In this document: piece by piece, positions 17,036-26,251 of the stretch
Numbering within the stretch: position 1 is the stretch's first letter
Layout of the letters: every line of letters starts with the position of its first letter
Virus record (IMG/VR): IMGVR_UViG_2877973648_000004
Direction: 5' to 3' (one strand)
Length of the DNA stretch: 44,570 nt
DNA from: a virus
Taxonomy: Duplodnaviria > Heunggongvirae > Uroviricota > Caudoviricetes
The notes under the pieces: model-generated
What the model was told of the DNA's origin: nothing
Database searches by the model: none
Seen by the model: the letters and a program-made list of their open reading frames with translations, nothing else
Made by a program: the position numbers and the translations under genes

Positions 17036-18669
17036 TTTTCCTCCGGTTCGGTAATGGTCTGGCTCGCAAACTGGTCAGCCTGTGCCCAGCTCGGAAGCGG
17101 TAATCCGCGTTTAAGACATGACTCAATTTCTCTCTGGCGCTGATCAAGCACTTCTTCCCAGTCTTCACCGACGTTTTCACCCACCTCAATCTCGAGGGTG
17201 GAAAGTCCGGCATCCAGACCAAGAATGGCGCCTTTTTTCTCTGCAACCGGATCCACCCAGCCGCGCCCTGGCCCCATCCAGCGCGCGCGAGAATACGCGG
17301 CTCTGGCGTCAACAAAATCAGGTGCGCCTGCGGGCAGGGGTAAATCCTCATTGTCGTGAACTTCTTCAACAAAGGCGGTGAGAATGGGCTGAGCGAAGCC
17401 GGTAGAAAAATCGTCCCGGCGGCGAGTCAGTGTTTTCCATGCCTCCAGCAACGAGGAGCGTGCAGAACTGTAGTTAACGTCAGACCAGTCCTGGGTGACC
17501 TGCTGTGGGGACAACCCTGTTCCTGAAGAAAAATTACGGAGAACAGCAGATTCGAAGACTTCAAAATTGCTGTAGGGCCGCGCCGCGTTAACCGTCGTGA
17601 TTTTCTCACCAGGATAAAGAATGGGCATTCGGGCACCATTCTGAAGTGTCAGACGCCGATCGTTATGGAACTCAACACGCCCGTCCTGATAAGTGCCTAA
17701 CTCCGACTCGTCATAGGTCTCGCCCAGGGCAGACTGAACCATCGCAGGGTCATAGGGTGACTCAATGTAAGCGGCAAATATGGCATTAAGAATTGCTGCC
17801 TCAAGCTCACTCTGGTCATACTTCACCAGCATTTTCAGACGCTGAATAACCGGAGTCAGGATGCCGTTACCGCGGTGCTGCGCGCCACGCTCATGATCAA
17901 AATCGTGAACCACATGCGGGCGGCCCCAGTCAGTTTCACGCGGGATACGCTGCCACGTCATGGTTTTAGCCCCGCTCCACCAGTCACCGATATGGGCCTC
18001 CCTGATGTGGTAAGCAACCGGCGCACCGTCCGCATCAATTTCAACGCCACCACGGACATTTGGCATATCGAAATTCTGCTGAGGATTACTGAGGCGGTCA
18101 GGATCGACAATCTGTACCGTGGTGGCGTAACGCCCTCTTCCGGGACCAAGCCTGTCAGTTCTGTACTGGAGAATGGCCAGAGCATCCCCGTCAATAAGCT
18201 TATGACGAAATCCCAGGCGTAACATCTGCGACACGGTGAGTTTTCGTTCAACATCACAATACCGGCCAGGATCGTTACTCCAGGTCCGCCAGTGCCCGTC
18301 CAGTGCTTTTCCGTACTCTTCCGCCCAGGACGCATCAAACGCCTTGTTTCCGGTGATCATTCTGAGAACACGGTAATCGGGTTTCATGATGGGGCGGAAG
18401 TTGGCACCAACCGCATTATCCAGCAGACGTGTGACCGCACCGTTTGCCCAGCCGTCATTACGGACCAGATCGCGTGCGCGGGACACGATGCGATCCCGGT
18501 AAATGTTAATTTCATTGTCCGGGGACCACAGCGCGGGTTGCCAGTTCGCCAGTTGATCGCTGAAAGAGTCAGCTGCGTCATAAGGTACGCGGCTCCCCCC
18601 CACCAGCATAGAGGGACGCTGCTGTCGCAACGGCTGCCCATCAGAGCCCAGTATCTGTACTTTATTCAT
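17032..18669 (-). CDS. Portal protein (lambda gpB-like)
   Basis: 545 aa; segment RARDLVRNDGWANGA resembles lambda B; conserved position. Confidence 0.8.
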   Translation of the reverse strand: MNKVQILGSDGQPLRQQRPSMLVGGSRVPYDAADSFSDQLANWQPALWSPDNEINIYRDRIVSRARDLVRNDGWANGAVTRLLDNAVGANFRPIMKPDYRVLRMITGNKAFDASWAEEYGKALDGHWRTWSNDPGRYCDVERKLTVSQMLRLGFRHKLIDGDALAILQYRTDRLGPGRGRYATTVQIVDPDRLSNPQQNFDMPNVRGGVEIDADGAPVAYHIREAHIGDWWSGAKTMTWQRIPRETDWGRPHVVHDFDHERGAQHRGNGILTPVIQRLKMLVKYDQSELEAAILNAIFAAYIESPYDPAMVQSALGETYDESELGTYQDGRVEFHNDRRLTLQNGARMPILYPGEKITTVNAARPYSNFEVFESAVLRNFSSGTGLSPQQVTQDWSDVNYSSARSSLLEAWKTLTRRRDDFSTGFAQPILTAFVEEVHDNEDLPLPAGAPDFVDARAAYSRARWMGPGRGWVDPVAEKKGAILGLDAGLSTLEIEVGENVGEDWEEVLDQRQREIESCLKRGLPLPSWAQADQFASQTITEPEEK

Positions 18670-18932
18670 CAGAATCTAAACCTCGCTGGTTTCCGGGGAC
18701 GAGAGATAATCCCCAGTTGCGCCTGCAGAAGTTGAATCAGGGCCAGCAGATCAGCCAGGGTGCTTTGCTGATAGGACACTGATCGCGTCCCGTCTCCCTG
18801 CGTATAGGAAAACGAAACACCGTGGCTCCCGGTTGCTAAATCAATGTACGCCTGCTGAGCTTTCGCAAGCGCATCCCTGAGCTGATCGTCAGTCATTGCG
18901 CCGGCAAGCAGGCTGGTGTTCCGGTTGAACAT
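18669..18932 (-). CDS. Head-tail joining protein (lambda gpW-like)
   Basis: 87 aa between terminase large subunit and portal, as for lambda W. Confidence 0.6.
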   Translation of the reverse strand: MFNRNTSLLAGAMTDDQLRDALAKAQQAYIDLATGSHGVSFSYTQGDGTRSVSYQQSTLADLLALIQLLQAQLGIISRPRKPARFRF

Positions 18933-18940
18933 GATTTTCC

Positions 18941-21070
18941 TTATTTCGGCAGGAGTTGCGATATTCGCTTACGTTTGACCGGCGCTGGTTCTTCAATAAC
19001 CGCACCCGGCAGCTCGTAATTGATTTTTTCTTCCTGTCCAACTGGCGCTGGCAGGAACTTATCCGGATCGGCTTCGAGGTTGGCGGCCCGGACGTTGAGT
19101 TTTAACCCCATATGTTTGAGACCGCACAGCGCGGCATAGCTGTAAACGAGGCAGTCAAGCGCTTCGTTAGCTCGTCCTGGTATTGCTTCCCAGATACTGT
19201 ACCGCTGCCCGGAAATGACTTTGTAAACCAGTCGCTCCGCCAGCAGCTGATTGAAGTACCCGAGATCGCGATCGTCAGGAAAATGCATATAACCCGCAGC
19301 GGCGGCGCCAGGTTTGGGTGGCTCAAGATGCAGGCGACCGCGTATCACGTCTTTCGCTGAGTTAACCCCCAGAATGACAGGGCGGAAACTGGCTTTGCTT
19401 TTCGATGATGGTCGTTTGGTCGGCCAGACAGGATTGCGTTTACCTCCCTGTGCAGACTCCCCCTTAATTGCCCAGACACGACGGCCAAGACGCTCTTTGG
19501 CGAATTCGTATACCTTCTGCGTATGGTGGCCACCGGAGTCCATGCACGTTGCCATGATATTCAGGCCGCGCCCGTCACCACGTCGCCAGATCTGTTTCAG
19601 GTATGCATCCAGTCGCTTCCAGGGTTCTTCCGTCTCAAGGTCACCATAAATAACGTCATGCGCGACCGACCACGATTCTTCATCTCTCCCCCAGCCGGTG
19701 ATCGTAATTTCGAAGCGATCGTCCTGGGTATCAACTCCAGCTGTTAACAATGCCACCCCGTCCGGAACGACGGCCGGAAATATTTCCCGGCGCGCCAGCA
19801 GAACATCAACAGGGAGCTGTTTCCCATGATTAGGTCGGTGCGGAAGCCCCATCTGGGTATTCCACCACGCCTGTTCCTTATCCGGATCGCCCTTCGCATC
19901 GATATATTTTTTCGCAATATCCGACGGCTTATCTTTTTGCCAGGGGCTGAAAAGCTTGGATGCCTGGTACCCCGCGTGGTGGTTATCGACTGCCTCCTTT
20001 CCACAGGAGGGGCAGATTGCGCGATAGACCGCATGCCGTTCCGACTCTGACCATTGCCAGACCTTTTCAACGCTGCCCTCGTCTGCCGCCCGCCAGGCAA
20101 GGTCATAATCCATCAGCGGTGAGTGCCGCTCCCCGCAGCACTCAAATGGGCGCGTCTGATGCCATCGAATAGTGTGCAGAGCTCTGAGGCGCTGTCCTTC
20201 GGACCAGCCACTACCACAGCATTCGCAATAGAGCATCGCCGATTTAGTCAGGTGTTTATCTCCCTCTTTCGGCCACTGAACGTGTTTGAAAAAGTCGGGG
20301 AACTGGCGGTGGCCACAGTGCGGGCAAACCACAGATGCCCGGCGCTGATCGGAGTCGGCGTAGCTGTCAGCAATGCGGCTCTCATCCTCCACCGTCGGCG
20401 AACAGGCGCGTACAGACAGCCAGGTCAGGCCAAATGTCGCTGTACGCTCTTCGGCCAGCGCAATTGGATCGCCTTCGCGGGTTATCGGGTACTTGTCCAC
20501 TTCATCCGCCAGCAGGACACGAATCGGACGACGCGCAAGGTTATCAGGGCTACCAGCACCCGCCAGCGCCAGAAATCCGCCAGTGAATGCCTTGTAAAGA
20601 ATGGTTTCTTTCGAGCTTTTCTGTTTCGAATCACCGATGATTTTACGCAGTACCGGCGTCACCCTTACCAGCGGGCTAATACGCTCTTTCGAAAACTGTT
20701 CAGCGGCTTCTTCTTTCGGCTGCAGCAGCAGTATCGGACAAGGATCGAGGTGGGCAAAATAGCCAAAAAGGTTTTCCAGCAGTGCTGTCTTCATCAACTG
20801 GGTACAGCACATTACAGTGATGATATGAACCCCGGACTCCGTCGCGGCAAGCATCGGTCCGCGGGCAATTTCTACCGTCGATGTTTCCCAGTTTCCCGAA
20901 GTGCTCCCAGCCTCTTTTGCCAGCTTACGATAGTCATCTGCCCACTGCGGCACACTGATACGCGGCGGGGGTGTCCAGCCTTTGCGGACGCTTAATTCAA
21001 GACGCTCAATCTTCTGCCGGGTTAAACTCTGGCTCTCCGAGGACTGAGATGTGTTTGTGGACATGTTCAA
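18941..21070 (-). CDS. Terminase large subunit (lambda gpA-like)
   Basis: 709 aa; motifs VVCPHCGH and NEALDC resemble lambda A; true start may be slightly downstream since it overlaps the small subunit by about 60 nt. Confidence 0.85.
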   Translation of the reverse strand: MNMSTNTSQSSESQSLTRQKIERLELSVRKGWTPPPRISVPQWADDYRKLAKEAGSTSGNWETSTVEIARGPMLAATESGVHIITVMCCTQLMKTALLENLFGYFAHLDPCPILLLQPKEEAAEQFSKERISPLVRVTPVLRKIIGDSKQKSSKETILYKAFTGGFLALAGAGSPDNLARRPIRVLLADEVDKYPITREGDPIALAEERTATFGLTWLSVRACSPTVEDESRIADSYADSDQRRASVVCPHCGHRQFPDFFKHVQWPKEGDKHLTKSAMLYCECCGSGWSEGQRLRALHTIRWHQTRPFECCGERHSPLMDYDLAWRAADEGSVEKVWQWSESERHAVYRAICPSCGKEAVDNHHAGYQASKLFSPWQKDKPSDIAKKYIDAKGDPDKEQAWWNTQMGLPHRPNHGKQLPVDVLLARREIFPAVVPDGVALLTAGVDTQDDRFEITITGWGRDEESWSVAHDVIYGDLETEEPWKRLDAYLKQIWRRGDGRGLNIMATCMDSGGHHTQKVYEFAKERLGRRVWAIKGESAQGGKRNPVWPTKRPSSKSKASFRPVILGVNSAKDVIRGRLHLEPPKPGAAAAGYMHFPDDRDLGYFNQLLAERLVYKVISGQRYSIWEAIPGRANEALDCLVYSYAALCGLKHMGLKLNVRAANLEADPDKFLPAPVGQEEKINYELPGAVIEEPAPVKRKRISQLLPK

Positions 21071-21575
21071 TCAGCACCTCTGTCATCCTGTCCGCCGGTA
21101 CATCCAGATCAGCAGCCATTAGCGGCGCCACCCTGGACGGCCAGTTAAGCCAGGCATCACGCTGTTGGCGAAAGGCGTTGAATAAAACCTCCTCGGCTGC
21201 TGTCAGCTCAATAAGCTGGCCGCTGTCTTTTTCATACTGCAGCTTTGCCTGCAGGGCCATGTAATTCTCGCGGATACGTCCCGCTTCCTCTCTCGAAAGA
21301 TCTGCCCCTTCAGTGAGCATTATCTGGCGGACAGTTTTATTGATTTCATCACCGTCATCATCGTTATCGCTAACGACGGGAGTTTTCTTTTTCTTCGCGT
21401 TCGAGGCGCGCGGGTCTTTGCCATCGCGGTTTTTCTTCAATGCCGCATCGCTGGCCTCTACGTCAATCAGGTCTCCGTCCATCACAATGAAGCGCCCGGC
21501 TTTAATCCACCGACCAATTGTTTTGCGATCCACACCTGAATGTTGTGCGTACTGACTCTGGTTCATCGTGGTCAT
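21006..21575 (-). CDS. Terminase small subunit (Nu1-like)
   Basis: 189 aa with N-terminal HTH-like segment; immediately downstream of a repeat array. Confidence 0.7.
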   Translation of the reverse strand: MTTMNQSQYAQHSGVDRKTIGRWIKAGRFIVMDGDLIDVEASDAALKKNRDGKDPRASNAKKKKTPVVSDNDDDGDEINKTVRQIMLTEGADLSREEAGRIRENYMALQAKLQYEKDSGQLIELTAAEEVLFNAFRQQRDAWLNWPSRVAPLMAADLDVPADRMTEVLIEHVHKHISVLGEPEFNPAED

Positions 21576-21723
21576 GGGACATCACCTGGGACATTTTCTG
21601 GGGTGGGACATTCGCCTGGGACATTTTTGCCATGTCCCACCAGAATGTCCCACTGGAATAAACTGGAATAGCCAGAGCTGGCGAGGTGTCCGTAATGATC
21701 GCCAGAGGTGGGACATGGGACAC
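21575..21723. repeat. cos-region-like array of 8-bp TGGGACAT repeats (putative small-terminase binding sites)
   Basis: About five direct copies of TGGGACAT, two inverted copies ATGTCCCA and a variant, directly upstream of the small terminase gene. Confidence 0.5.
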
Positions 21724-21812
21724 AAATCTGAAAGTTGTAGCTAGGAAAACACCGCGGCGCGCAATGCCCGTGCCTTACAAAAGGCTCAGGAAGGACCCAA
21801 AACCCCTGGGGG

Positions 21813-22454
21813 CTATCTGGCCGAGCTGATCGCCTCAGCAATCGCCTGGTGCAGCGCTGAGGGTAACAATGCGTTGACCATGGTGTTTGCCCTGTCCATA
21901 TAGCCGAGCGTTGGTTTGACTGGAAGCGCGTCTCCAAACCGAATGAGCAATTTTGGTGCAGGTTGCTTAATCTTGTCTCTGCGCGTGCCGTTCGGAGAAC
22001 GTTTTGCCCGTTTCTTCCCTTTTTTGATTTTCGGCTTTTTTCTCTGCCACACGGCATTCACGCCACCAACGTCACCAATAAATACGTTTGGCTTTGCTTT
22101 GAGCTGAGAGAGCTTATTACGCGGCAGGTTGCCGTATTTATTAAGCTTTATGTCTTTCGGATTAAGCAAAGCACCACCATTAAGCTTGTGCGCTCCGCCG
22201 AACTCGAAGGGTTCAAGGTAGCCAGCAGCAGTATCACGAACAAACACCTTCGCACGAAGGCTGTTTTTCCTGGCACCAACTGACCCTACCGATTTAACTG
22301 TAAAAGGTGTTGGATTATCCAGATTCCGCTCAAATGCTGTTTTTTGGGCCGCTTCTATCTGGCGAACCACTTTAGTCATAGCCTGGGCAGTCGCAAACGG
22401 TATTTGCTTCTGCAGCTGTCTTAACTGACTGGAAAGGTCCTTAAGCGTTGCCAT
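21813..22454 (-). CDS. Hypothetical protein (Lys-rich C-terminal half)
   Basis: 213 aa with AGGAGG RBS; located between the lysis cassette and the cos/terminase region. Confidence 0.45.
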   Translation of the reverse strand: MATLKDLSSQLRQLQKQIPFATAQAMTKVVRQIEAAQKTAFERNLDNPTPFTVKSVGSVGARKNSLRAKVFVRDTAAGYLEPFEFGGAHKLNGGALLNPKDIKLNKYGNLPRNKLSQLKAKPNVFIGDVGGVNAVWQRKKPKIKKGKKRAKRSPNGTRRDKIKQPAPKLLIRFGDALPVKPTLGYMDRANTMVNALLPSALHQAIAEAISSAR

Positions 22455-22507
22455 ATCATTGACCTCCTAGTTACAGTAATTAAGATCAGTTTGCTCATAA
22501 AGTTGAC

Positions 22508-22530
22508 AATAAAAAACCGCCCGTAGGCGG
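22508..22530 (-). terminator. Rho-independent terminator
   Basis: Minus strand ccgcc-tacg-ggcgg followed by ttttttatt, immediately after the stop of the 134-aa gene. Confidence 0.55.
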
Positions 22531-22935
22531 TTAGTCGAACATTTTATCAAGTTGCTTAGCAAGAGCTCGGTTAAACAGCTCCTTCGAAACTGTCATCAGC
22601 GTGCCCATACTGGCATCTTTGAATCCGGTTTTTAATGTTGCCCAAACCTCTTTGTTACGGAGAGCATCCAAGAAGTCATGCCCCATCGCGGTCAATCGCA
22701 AGGGCATTACAGCCCAGTGAGTCATTCCGTCTAAAGACTGAATAGCACCAAAGCCGGGCTCCCCATCACTCCTGATAATCAGCCCTCTATCCTCAAGCAA
22801 ACGCATATGAAACACAAATGTGTCAGTTTCACAATTGAACCCTAAATCATTTAATCGAATAATATCGGTATCAGGTGAATCCGATGCCTCGAAAGCCTCG
22901 AGCAAACCTTTAAGGTATTCTTGATCTATTTGCAT
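22531..22935 (-). CDS. Hypothetical protein (AT-rich moron after lysis cassette)
   Basis: 134 aa, GGAGGGG RBS, visibly lower GC than flanking genes, own terminator. Confidence 0.45.
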   Translation of the reverse strand: MQIDQEYLKGLLEAFEASDSPDTDIIRLNDLGFNCETDTFVFHMRLLEDRGLIIRSDGEPGFGAIQSLDGMTHWAVMPLRLTAMGHDFLDALRNKEVWATLKTGFKDASMGTLMTVSKELFNRALAKQLDKMFD

Positions 22936-22967
22936 AACCCCTCCGTATGTAAAAGGTTAATTTAACA

Positions 22968-23438
22968 TCAATTTAAGCACTGCTCTTTGATGTATTCCTG
23001 CAAATATCCAACCTGTTTCGTCACTGTGACGATTCGCTCTCTGAGGGTGAAATAATCCCGTTCAGCGGAGTCAGTAAGTCGGGGGCCGGTAACATCGCCC
23101 AGGCCGCCGGTGCTGGTCGCTCCGTTCGCGGGACATCTGGCGTTGACGTGCAGCCCACACTTGCCAGTGCGAACACAACGCTGCAAATCATCAAGCTGCT
23201 TTTTAGCATCAGCTAAGTCCTTCGTGTATTTGGCATCCAGCACCGCTGCATCACGCTGGCGGATCTGCATGTCTTTGATGGTGGCGTTCGCCTGGTTAAG
23301 ATTCTTAATGGCTTTATCGCGCTGGTCTTTGTAGGTGATGGCGTTGCCGCGGTAGTGGTTCACGAGGAGCGCCAGCACGCCGATTAACGCCACCACAATC
23401 AGTTGCAGCCAGTAACGCCTTAGCAGCGCGGTAATCAC
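22968..23438 (-). CDS. Rz-like i-spanin
   Basis: 156 aa, N-terminal TM helix, coiled-coil rest; follows endolysin with overlapping stop/start. Confidence 0.65.
   Translation of the reverse strand: MITALLRRYWLQLIVVALIGVLALLVNHYRGNAITYKDQRDKAIKNLNQANATIKDMQIRQRDAAVLDAKYTKDLADAKKQLDDLQRCVRTGKCGLHVNARCPANGATSTGGLGDVTGPRLTDSAERDYFTLRERIVTVTKQVGYLQEYIKEQCLN
23021..23209 (-). CDS. Rz1-like o-spanin embedded in Rz in +1 frame
   Basis: 62 aa with lipoprotein-like signal ending ...ALASVGC and Pro-rich mature part, nested inside Rz. Confidence 0.55.
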   Translation of the reverse strand: MLKSSLMICSVVFALASVGCTSTPDVPRTERPAPAAWAMLPAPDLLTPLNGIISPSESESSQ

Positions 23439-23875
23439 GACAGGAACAGAGCGCGCTCCGCCTCACGCCGACGGGTCAGCCCGTTCAGGACTTTGCCACC
23501 AGCTTTATTCCAGCGCAGGAACTCATCGGCAGCGCCAGCGTAATCACCGGCGTTGAGTTTTCGCAGAAGGGTCGATGTCGACAGTGACCGGGCGCCGAGG
23601 TTGTAAGTGAACGACACCAGAGCATCGAATTGCCCCTGAGTCAGGTCAACTTTGACCAGGCGGGACACGTCGTTTTCATAGCTGACCAGCCCGGTCTTCA
23701 GCAGGCGTTCTGCAGTTTCCTGCTTAATCATCATCCCGGCTCGGATCGGTTTGCCGTCGACAGGCTTGGTCCAGCCATAGCCGATCGTCCACACTCCGAC
23801 GCTGTCCTGATACGCGGTGAGCTTGCAGCCTTCGAACTGCTTGATCAGGGCAATGCCTTTATCACTGATTTGCAT
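23435..23875 (-). CDS. Endolysin (lysozyme-like)
   Basis: 146 aa with FEGCKLTAYQD and GYGWT motifs typical of phage lysozymes; between holin and Rz. Confidence 0.75.
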   Translation of the reverse strand: MQISDKGIALIKQFEGCKLTAYQDSVGVWTIGYGWTKPVDGKPIRAGMMIKQETAERLLKTGLVSYENDVSRLVKVDLTQGQFDALVSFTYNLGARSLSTSTLLRKLNAGDYAGAADEFLRWNKAGGKVLNGLTRRREAERALFLS

Positions 23876-24179
23876 TCTTCATCCCCGTCAGTCGTTCCCA
23901 GAAGTACGTCAGTGCCACGGAGCCCATCGCCCCGCTGATACCAGACGTAACCAGAATCATGTAAAGGCTCAGCCCACTTTCAACGCTGATCAGTCCACCA
24001 ATGAGACCGGTAAAGCCGGACACTGCAATTTGTGCCAGCGCGTTGATCCAGCTCCAGGTGGCTTTGTTCTGCTTAACGTCAATAAGGTATCGGACCAAGC
24101 CGCCCCAGCATGACAGAGCAAGGACAATCAGCCATGACACTCCGGCAATGCTTTCTTTATCTTGCATACGTTTAGCCAT
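23862..24179 (-). CDS. Holin (possible dual-start MAKRM)
   Basis: About 105 aa from GGAGG-ATG; three hydrophobic helices; overlaps the endolysin start. Confidence 0.65.
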   Translation of the reverse strand: MAKRMQDKESIAGVSWLIVLALSCWGGLVRYLIDVKQNKATWSWINALAQIAVSGFTGLIGGLISVESGLSLYMILVTSGISGAMGSVALTYFWERLTGMKNANQ

Positions 24180-24400
24180 ATCACCTCCGAAAGAACGGGG
24201 TGCTGTTTGTAGTAAGGGATCAGGCCCTCGGGACGATTTAACAAGAAGGCATGTCGATGATGGTTCCCGTGAGCCTGAAATAGAAAGCCCCAGCAAATGC
24301 CTAGGCTAAATGAGGTGCCAGATCATATATCTGGCCGTATAACCTTGCGTTTGGTATTATTAAATCGCCAAAAGTAACCCTTCAAACACAAGGATTTAAA

Positions 24401-24931
24401 ATGACAAAAAGGAAGTACCGATTTTATCATGCGGACAGGGGTAACTTGCTGAACCCTGACATGACAATAATCCCTGTAAATGGCCTCTCTTCATTTGGAA
24501 AGCATTATCTCTCCCGGATAAATAGTGGAAATATGAGCGACGTGCTAGACGAAAATGTACAAAGAGAGATGCTGTATGAAAATGTGCGGATGGAAAATTT
24601 CCCATCCCGCCCAAGCCGATTCTCGTGCCTTTTTGGTGCGAACTCCATTCCTGAAGCGGAAAGCTTCGCCAGAAAGATAATCCCGCAACCGACCACCCCA
24701 ATTAATATTTATGAAGTTTTTACTGAAAATTTTGTGATTCTCGATATGAATTGGATGGATTACATAACAACAGATTTCGGTAGTAGGGTTGAATATGCCC
24801 GGCAGTACTGGTATTCATCAATTACCCAGCACGCCCCACTTACCGGCGATAGGATGATACCAACCCTGGAAGTCCTGCTGCCGCTTCCCGTGGAAGTAGG
24901 CAAGCAAGTCAGTACTGTCGCTTTTGATTAA
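24401..24931 (+). CDS. Hypothetical cargo protein (AT-rich, opposite strand to the late operon)
   Basis: 176 aa, AAGGA RBS 7 nt before ATG, lower GC; between the Q/terminator region and the lysis genes. Confidence 0.5.
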   Translation: MTKRKYRFYHADRGNLLNPDMTIIPVNGLSSFGKHYLSRINSGNMSDVLDENVQREMLYENVRMENFPSRPSRFSCLFGANSIPEAESFARKIIPQPTTPINIYEVFTENFVILDMNWMDYITTDFGSRVEYARQYWYSSITQHAPLTGDRMIPTLEVLLPLPVEVGKQVSTVAFD

Positions 24932-25100
24932 TCTGACAGTTCTGCTCAGGGAAATGGGCCAAAGGTTTATGTAAAGTCCAAAGCACTTCGGAAAGGATAG
25001 CTTTATATAGCTCACCATCATTTGCATGATAGCGAAACCTTTCAGAAGGTGAGATTTCGAAAAGTACCTTTCCCTCATCTGAAACAATTCGGACTTTCAT
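24909..25100 (-). CDS. Small hypothetical protein convergent with the cargo gene
   Basis: 63 aa with GGAGGAAAG RBS; 3' end overlaps the 176-aa gene by about 23 nt. Confidence 0.35.
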   Translation of the reverse strand: MKVRIVSDEGKVLFEISPSERFRYHANDGELYKAILSEVLWTLHKPLAHFPEQNCQINQKRQY

Positions 25101-25451
25101 CTTTCCTCCAAATTAGAAGCTACTGATTCAGTTATTACTTACTCCAGATACGACAAAGCCCCACCATTTCTGGCAGGGCTAGATTATTAAGCTGTGTGTC
25201 GAAGTGACCACTCTTAACACGTTAAACTAAAAAATGCGGACCGCACTAGCATTTTTTTAATTATTTTTGCCTACTAACGACTGCATCCATCTCAAGGCGA
25301 ACATCCAGCATTGACAGACACCCCTCAATAAACCCTTCAGCAAGCAGCATTTCTATGCGTATCTGCTTTTCGCTTTTCTTCCGGTGCTTCGCCTTCTGCC
25401 GTTTTGAATACCGTAGAATATAATGCCCAACCAACAAATGATTGTCTGCGG

Positions 25452-25485
25452 CCGAAATAAAAAAGCCCGAGACAAGCGGGCAATA
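25452..25485 (-). terminator. Rho-independent terminator (candidate tR'-like), copy 1
   Basis: Minus strand gcccg-cttgtct-cgggc followed by ttttttattt. Confidence 0.5.
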
Positions 25486-25557
25486 TGGGGGTAAGGCAAT
25501 GCCGGCTCGTTGGCCGAAGGGTCCCAGGCAGTGGGTTCTGTGTGCGGCGTACCGCAA

Positions 25558-25592
25558 ATAAAAAAGCCCCGCACGATGGCGAGGCTTGGCAT
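25558..25592 (-). terminator. Rho-independent terminator, copy 2 (near-duplicate flank)
   Basis: Minus strand GC-rich stem followed by ttttttattt; same aaataaaaaagccc flank as copy 1. Confidence 0.45.
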
Positions 25593-25666
25593 TCATTCAT
25601 GTCACACACAACAACGGCAACATATACGATTTATTCTGCTCATTTGTTCATTGAAAAGCAAGCTCG

Positions 25667-26149
25667 TTATGAGGATTTTTTTGCAATTTTCCTCACATTT
25701 TCGCGATTGTTAAACGCATTTTGCAGCGGTTGGTACAAGCAGAACAGTGAGGCATTGATGATTTGCTTCACCTCTCTACGGATTGTCGAGATGCTTGGGT
25801 GTTTATACTGATTTCCGCCACGCGTCTTCATCAGGCGAGGCTTACTTACTGTATGCTGCCATGATGCAATTCGGATCTCGCTGGAGTTACAAACGTAGTA
25901 GGCGAAGACAACCCGCCAGGCATTTTCATCCACATTCTTCAGATAGTGACGAATGACAGCATCAATGAGCATCCCGTCATCATCACTACATACCGGTCGT
26001 GATGCTTGCTGGGGCTCAACGGTAGCCATGAATCTGGCAATCATGTTGATCATCGCTTTATCAATCTTGCCGGTCTGGCACCATGCGCCCCACAACTGGA
26101 GCCACTGGTCTACCCATTGATGCTGGTCGTTGGTTAATTCCAGTTTCAT
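25667..26149 (-). CDS. Late-gene antiterminator Q-like protein
   Basis: N-terminal 95 aa show LWGAWC...CSDDDGML...YYV pattern I recall from QuuD/P22 gp23-type Q proteins; located between nin genes and lysis genes. Confidence 0.55.
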   Translation of the reverse strand: MKLELTNDQHQWVDQWLQLWGAWCQTGKIDKAMINMIARFMATVEPQQASRPVCSDDDGMLIDAVIRHYLKNVDENAWRVVFAYYVCNSSEIRIASWQHTVSKPRLMKTRGGNQYKHPSISTIRREVKQIINASLFCLYQPLQNAFNNRENVRKIAKKSS

Positions 26150-26251
26150 TATGCGGCTTCCTTCTGTGGCTGGTTGGTTTTGGTCTGGCTGTGCTTTGCT
26201 ACTGGCGGCAGGCTGGCGCGCTTAACGCTTTCTGCCTGGTACTTTTCGAAA

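Noticed and set aside
20123-20995. 290-aa plus-strand ORF antisense to terminase large subunit
   Set aside because: Shadow ORF inside a conserved gene; no RBS and Arg/Ala-rich composition typical of antisense GC-rich reading.
25490-25560. Possible tRNA-like segment between the two terminators
   Set aside because: No cloverleaf-compatible arms or T-loop GTTC/anticodon structure on inspection; integrase-associated tRNA or att site is expected outside the window.
25261-25596. 111-aa ORF treated as an intact gene
   Set aside because: Its 5' two-thirds span two terminator hairpins and read as non-coding; only the last ~45 codons look protein-like, so I treat it as a remnant (see finding).
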